The notes below the pieces were generated by a model. That model worked only from the letters and a program-made list of their open reading frames with translations, had not been told where the DNA came from and made no database searches. Below are positions 47,946 through 52,126 of a stretch of DNA of 52,126 nt, in pieces. How positions within the stretch are numbered: the first letter of the stretch is position 1; each line of letters starts with the position of its first letter. Position numbers and translations under genes: made by a program. This DNA comes from a virus (Duplodnaviria; Caudoviricetes), in the IMG/VR virus record IMGVR_UViG_3300019876_000001, positions 1 to 52,126 of that record. One strand, given 5' to 3'.

Positions 47946-48729
47946 TCCTAGGATTATCGAGTCCATTGTCAACTCGCGTCTCAAGGGGCGTGGGCCTGAC
48001 TCTATGCAGCCACACAACCCAGACTGGTTTGCGTACAAGAACTATCCAGATATTTACGATGGAATGGATACAGGTAGCTATGAGGGCTATTTGTTGTCGC
48101 ATCCTCCAGAGCCAGACCCGGACGAGCGTGTCTTCGGGAAATTTGCGCAATATCAAGGTATGCCGCAGGCTCCAGACGTGCCTAGTGCTCGTGATATCCG
48201 AGGACTCGAGCGCGGCGATCCTGAGATGCGTAGTCGGTTCGAGGATCGTTTCGGCACCGAGTCGCGTAACCGTGCTGATCAAGGCGTTGCGCAGAACGAT
48301 AGAAACTACGTGCCGACGCCGCGGCCACGTCCAGGCGAAGCACCTCAAGCAGGGCCTGACGACTACATAGGCGCTATGCCTGAACCAATGAAACCATTCG
48401 AGACACCTGGGCCTGTACCTGAGGAAGTCTATGGCTATATGCCAGGGTTACGGGACCGTGTGAAGGAGCAGCTGGAGGGCGAAGGGCCATCGCGCGATTT
48501 GAAACGTGACCGTTTAGACGGCAGCATGTGGGATCGTGCGATGGCTCCTTTTGCCGATCAGCCAACAGGCAATATACAAGACTATCGCATGATGGCAATT
48601 GAGAACATGTTGAAACGGGGCGCAGATACCAATCCACCGGAGGACTACAATCCAGAATCGCTACCGCCTATGCCTGAAATGGATGCTGACGAAATGGTAC
48701 GAAAGCAACTCGAGGGGTGGAGACGATGA
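47932..48729 (+). CDS. Allele B of 2248-3147
   Basis: Shared motif series. Confidence 0.75.
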   Translation: MGSVDPRIIESIVNSRLKGRGPDSMQPHNPDWFAYKNYPDIYDGMDTGSYEGYLLSHPPEPDPDERVFGKFAQYQGMPQAPDVPSARDIRGLERGDPEMRSRFEDRFGTESRNRADQGVAQNDRNYVPTPRPRPGEAPQAGPDDYIGAMPEPMKPFETPGPVPEEVYGYMPGLRDRVKEQLEGEGPSRDLKRDRLDGSMWDRAMAPFADQPTGNIQDYRMMAIENMLKRGADTNPPEDYNPESLPPMPEMDADEMVRKQLEGWRR

Positions 48730-48762
48730 CTAAAACGTGTGAATCACACAGGAGAAGGCAGC

Positions 48763-48966
48763 GTGAACACCCCGGATGTCAATGTCATCATGTGGCTGAT
48801 TATCGCCGTGATGAATGGACTTAACTTGTACTATACGCGTACGCTCGAGAAGAACACCAACAGCAAAATGGATAAGGTGATTCAACTAACTGCGGCTCTG
48901 GCGGAAGCTAAAGGCCGGAGCGATATGCAAAAAGAGACACGGGATAGAGCCGGAGACGAGCAATGA
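48763..48966 (+). CDS. Small TM protein, allele B of 3154-3366
   Basis: TM helix + YY.R..EKNTNS. Confidence 0.65.
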   Translation: MNTPDVNVIMWLIIAVMNGLNLYYTRTLEKNTNSKMDKVIQLTAALAEAKGRSDMQKETRDRAGDEQ

Positions 48967-49637
48967 ACGACGAAGAGATGCTTCGGTATATTCAGGGCTC
49001 GATGGGTCGTCGCGCGGATGCAACGGACTATCTGAAAGAGTTACAAGAGCCTGCCATACCGTCTCGTCTCGAACCAATGCATGCAGGGGCTGTGTACGAC
49101 GTGCAGCCGCAAGCATATGAGGAAGGCGAGGAACCGGAGTATCCTGGATCGACTCCGGAGCCGCCGAGGCCAATGACGCCTCGTGATCAACAAGTAAGCG
49201 ATAGGGATCGTGTCAATGATAATCGCAAGGCCGATCCATACGAAGATCGCGGCATCTTTAACTTCAAGCTTGATGACATTCGCGATGCGCTGCGATGGGG
49301 CAAGGGCGACGAGGTAGGCGATGATGCTCTCTACTCTCTTAACGAATCAGAGAATCCATTCAAGGGTATAGCCGATGCTGTCTATCAACGTATCAAAGGG
49401 CTGAACCCCGACGCGGATGACTTCGACCTGATAAGGCAGATGCGGCAGAAACTCAATATGTCGAAGCCGAATAAGCTGTACGATATGATTCGCGACGATG
49501 ATGAGTTCAGGGCTGCGAATCCAGGTAGGGGCGGGATGTTCAGACTCGATGAAACGAAAGGCGATCCGGCCGGCGATAGATATGCCTATCCACAACGAGG
49601 CGGGCGGGCACGTCGCGGTTCAGTGTACGAGGAATAG
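48963..49637 (+). CDS. Disordered-family protein (C-half of 3789-4832 as a separate gene)
   Basis: DATDYLKELQ...DALRWGKGDEVGDDALYSLNES near-identical. Confidence 0.8.
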   Translation: MNDEEMLRYIQGSMGRRADATDYLKELQEPAIPSRLEPMHAGAVYDVQPQAYEEGEEPEYPGSTPEPPRPMTPRDQQVSDRDRVNDNRKADPYEDRGIFNFKLDDIRDALRWGKGDEVGDDALYSLNESENPFKGIADAVYQRIKGLNPDADDFDLIRQMRQKLNMSKPNKLYDMIRDDDEFRAANPGRGGMFRLDETKGDPAGDRYAYPQRGGRARRGSVYEE

Positions 49638-49639
49638 CC

Positions 49640-49984
49640 ATGGAAGACGAGGACCTTCTGGACATGATCCAGCAGAACATGGGCGAAGAACCGCAGCAGG
49701 CCAGCGCGCGTTCCAAGGCCCAGTTTCGCTTCTTGCAGTCGATTGCCAAAGGCGGCGATCCTGCAATGCCTCCTGGAGAGACAGGCCGTCCGACACCGCG
49801 CAGTTCACTGACACCTGACGACGCACAGAATATGGTGGCGCCACCTATCGATCCATGGTCGGGGCAGCCATTCAACAAATACTATCGCATGCTTCCCAAT
49901 ACGGCAAAGGAAGGTCCTGATCCGTTCGAGGAGTACAATCAACAGATCCAGGAAATCATGCGGAATCGTCGCCGTGGATTCTAA
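49640..49984 (+). CDS. Disordered-family protein (C-half of 4829-5329)
   Basis: ASARSKAQFRFLQ, SGQPF.KYY, GPDPFE. Confidence 0.75.
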   Translation: MEDEDLLDMIQQNMGEEPQQASARSKAQFRFLQSIAKGGDPAMPPGETGRPTPRSSLTPDDAQNMVAPPIDPWSGQPFNKYYRMLPNTAKEGPDPFEEYNQQIQEIMRNRRRGF

Positions 49985-50010
49985 CCGTGTGAATCACACA
50001 GGAGGCAACA

Positions 50011-50226
50011 ATGGGACCTAAGAGTTTACTCGTACGCGTGCTGATGATCCTATTGGCAATCGCGTTCGTCGTTCTGTGCTACTACATTACTATATGGGTA
50101 CTGGGCTTGCTCGGTATTCACATTCCACAGAATATCTTGAACGTGATATTCGTGATCATCGGCCTATTGGCTGCAATATGGGCACTAACTGGACAGCTTG
50201 ACGTCTGGTTCGTTAAGGGGCAGTGA
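50011..50226 (+). CDS. Two-TM membrane protein
   Basis: AGGAGG RBS; very hydrophobic 71 aa. Confidence 0.7.
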   Translation: MGPKSLLVRVLMILLAIAFVVLCYYITIWVLGLLGIHIPQNILNVIFVIIGLLAAIWALTGQLDVWFVKGQ

Positions 50227-50939
50227 TGCCAACAAAACGCTTTCCAAGATTACCCGAGCCTCCGAATCAAGCCCCTATGTGGCAGGACGAGGAGAACGAT
50301 CCGTACCAGGGCATAGTCTCGCATCGTGGCTACGATATGCACGCTATGCGAGAATTCCCTGCACCATTCGATACCGATCCTGGTCTATCCGGTGAAGGCG
50401 ATGATCTACCAGGACTACAAGATCCCGGTTTCATGGGTGATGTACCAGTAGTAGAGGATGTCAGAATGCAACAGCGCGATCCACGTATCGATGCAATCGA
50501 GCAAATGGCTCGTCAGGGTCAGGTCCAGCGTCCTGGTATGAAGACTGAGCAGGACTATCGACAACAATTCAAAGGCGAAAATCCTGATTTCACGCCGACT
50601 CGGCCACGTATGCCTGGGCTCCCGGAATACGGAGGAGAGCCAACGCCTAACGATCTTGCAGAACATGAAGCTGCTGCGCAGATGTCAGACGAGGACATAC
50701 TGGCAAAGATGCATGGTGAAATGGCATCTCCCAATGGCGGTTACGACGCCAATGCACTTGCGCCGTTCACTGGTAATTACGACGAAGACGTTCAGATACT
50801 CGAACGTGAATTGAAGACGCCAGGTGCCGATCAAGGCGAGCTAAATCGCATGTTCAACGAGCTTCACGGCGATGATATGGACGACCGTGAAATGGACGAG
50901 CCGACTAACGAGAGCGATATGCGGCGCGGGAGATACTGA
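50223..50939 (+). CDS. Disordered-family protein (N-module of 4829-5329 joined to modules of 5326-5877)
   Basis: NQA..WQD.ENDPY, REFP.PF.TDPG, DPRIDAIEQM, MSDEDIL. Confidence 0.75.
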   Translation: MMPTKRFPRLPEPPNQAPMWQDEENDPYQGIVSHRGYDMHAMREFPAPFDTDPGLSGEGDDLPGLQDPGFMGDVPVVEDVRMQQRDPRIDAIEQMARQGQVQRPGMKTEQDYRQQFKGENPDFTPTRPRMPGLPEYGGEPTPNDLAEHEAAAQMSDEDILAKMHGEMASPNGGYDANALAPFTGNYDEDVQILERELKTPGADQGELNRMFNELHGDDMDDREMDEPTNESDMRRGRY

Positions 50940-51634
50940 TGCAACGCGATCCACGGATCGATGCACTAGAGGAACTCTTCGGCAAGGGTGGTGGGCCTGT
51001 GCGCCCTGGTATGAAAACCGAGGAGGACCTGCGTCAGTTCGAGGAGCAAAACGTACCGCGCGGACAGCGACAGCCCGAGAACTTCGATCCAAACAGCGAA
51101 GACTCGATGAGGGAACGTGCCACTGCCGATGCAGTGAAACGGTACATGGCACAGGAAGGTTACTCGGATCAAGATGTCATGGAGTCTTTTGGTGCCGGCG
51201 GCGAGCAGGCTGAGGCTTTCATAAACAATTTCGGACTAGAACCGCACCTTCGTCTTGAGCGTCAACTCGGTCTTAGTAGAGAAGATGATCCGCACGAAAC
51301 AATTGAGAAACAAAAACAATTCGACATGAGCGGTCTTACTCCATACACGCCTATGCCTCGTCCGCGGTATCCGGATTTGAAATACAGTTCAGAGCACGGA
51401 CAGGAGCAGATGGACCCTCCGGATATGATCGAGCAGGGCGCTACATTTCGAAAACAAGACGCTGAGCGGTTGCGCGATCCAAAGAAATGGCAAGAACGAA
51501 ATCCAGGCACTGAGTTCGGCTATAGCTCTGAGGGCGAGGAAGGCTATATAACTGATGAGGATATTCAAGAAATGATACAGAAGGGTCTCGTTCCAAAAGA
51601 TATGGGGCGTGCAAAGCGTCGTCGCGGTCGATAA
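50939..51634 (+). CDS. Disordered-family protein
   Basis: DPRIDALEE, RPGMKTEEDL, YTPMPRPR, IEQGATFR, TDEDIQEMIQKGL. Confidence 0.75.
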   Translation: MQRDPRIDALEELFGKGGGPVRPGMKTEEDLRQFEEQNVPRGQRQPENFDPNSEDSMRERATADAVKRYMAQEGYSDQDVMESFGAGGEQAEAFINNFGLEPHLRLERQLGLSREDDPHETIEKQKQFDMSGLTPYTPMPRPRYPDLKYSSEHGQEQMDPPDMIEQGATFRKQDAERLRDPKKWQERNPGTEFGYSSEGEEGYITDEDIQEMIQKGLVPKDMGRAKRRRGR

Positions 51635-51681
51635 CTGTGTGAGTCACACGCAAGCCGTTCCCGATCCCTAGCAGGCAACAC

Positions 51682-52126
51682 ATGCCATACAAACTGAAGA
51701 TCACTGGTCCTGGACGTGACGACTTCGAATGGGTCTGGGAGGACGCTCCTACCCCGATCGAGGAGCAGTATCCTCAAGACATCGAGCTGCCGCAGATACC
51801 AGGACTTCCGCATGCGAAGCCTGTCGAGGACCTGCCTGATGTCGTCCCGCAGGATGCACCTCCGGCAGATGCTCCGGCTGCTGATGGCGAGCAGGCTGTT
51901 CCTAATGTTACTAGGCCACGAATCAGGGTAACGCCGAATCGTGTCACGCCTCCACAGCCTATCGCACCGGATGCGATCGATACTATATTTCCAGAAGCAC
52001 CTCGCGTGAGTATGGCTGACGACTTGCCTATTCCCACTATGCAGCAGGTGAACGAGCCTGAACCTGTTCGGTCGATGGACCCATTACGTCAAGCGTATGC
52101 ATCGATAGTATCGCCGCCAGCCCCGG
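51682..52126 (+). CDS. Partial allele B of the 1326-aa internal virion protein
   Basis: MPYKLKITGPGRDDFEWVWE vs MPFKLKITGPGVNDFEWVWE; open to the window end. Confidence 0.85.
   Translation, partial: MPYKLKITGPGRDDFEWVWEDAPTPIEEQYPQDIELPQIPGLPHAKPVEDLPDVVPQDAPPADAPAADGEQAVPNVTRPRIRVTPNRVTPPQPIAPDAIDTIFPEAPRVSMADDLPIPTMQQVNEPEPVRSMDPLRQAYASIVSPPAP

Larger units (their letters stand above)
106..51649. repeat. Dispersed 13-bp palindrome GTGTGANTCACAC (~41 exact + 4 near copies)
   Basis: Starts by manual scan: 106,1074,2044,3529,5880,8432,(9875),10110,12673,14087,16506,(17246),18254,19959,20744,21714,22299,(23267),23303,23972,24163,25124,25794,26201,26574,26702,(27397),27551,27752,29172,31030,32505,33541,36037,36933,38423,39178,41711,43371,45571,46769,47728,48737,49987,51637; parentheses mark imperfect copies. 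Confidence 0.97.

Noticed and set aside
106-51649. Palindrome as a CRP/FNR site, matS, SlmA site or integron attC
   Set aside because: CRP half-sites TGTGA/TCACA need a 6-bp spacer (here 1); matS (GTGACRNYGTCAC) and the SlmA site (GTGAGTACTCAC) differ in sequence; attC sites are much longer, and no integrase or recombinase is evident
1-52126. tRNA/rRNA genes, prophage att sites or host flanking DNA
   Set aside because: None recognised by eye; all content is phage-like and no integrase is seen (tRNAscan-SE not run)

Overview
The window reads as a complete, circularly permuted tailed-phage genome of about 45.5 kb with podovirus-like organisation. The host is probably an alphaproteobacterium (inference). 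Bases 1-127 recur exactly at 45466-45592, and the sequence then continues into a diverged second version of the first ~6 kb. This is most simply a k=127 assembly path through two alleles or strains. Modules: ejection/internal-virion cluster with many Pro/Asp/Gln-rich paralogs (+, 130-9873, second allele 45595-52126); replication/early genes (-, 9882-27382: UDG-fused family A DNA polymerase, dNMP kinase, NDT-like protein, RecD-like helicase, SSB, Sak4-like ATPase, Cas4/RecB-like nuclease, small DNA-binding proteins); a non-coding control region (25840-27770); and terminase, lysis, portal, scaffold, capsid, tail tube and two fibre genes (+, 27776-45568). The most striking unexplained signal is the 13-bp palindrome GTGTGANTCACAC, with about 41 exact and 4 near copies by manual count. 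It sits at gene junctions, supplies stop codons, abuts start codons, fills a sigma70 promoter spacer and lies inside long genes, and no gap between copies exceeds about 2.6 kb. Also notable are a helically phased CGATCTCA array, a predicted sRNA, a module-shuffled family of disordered proteins, and the absence of a recognisable primase. All calls come from reading motifs by eye; no searches were run.
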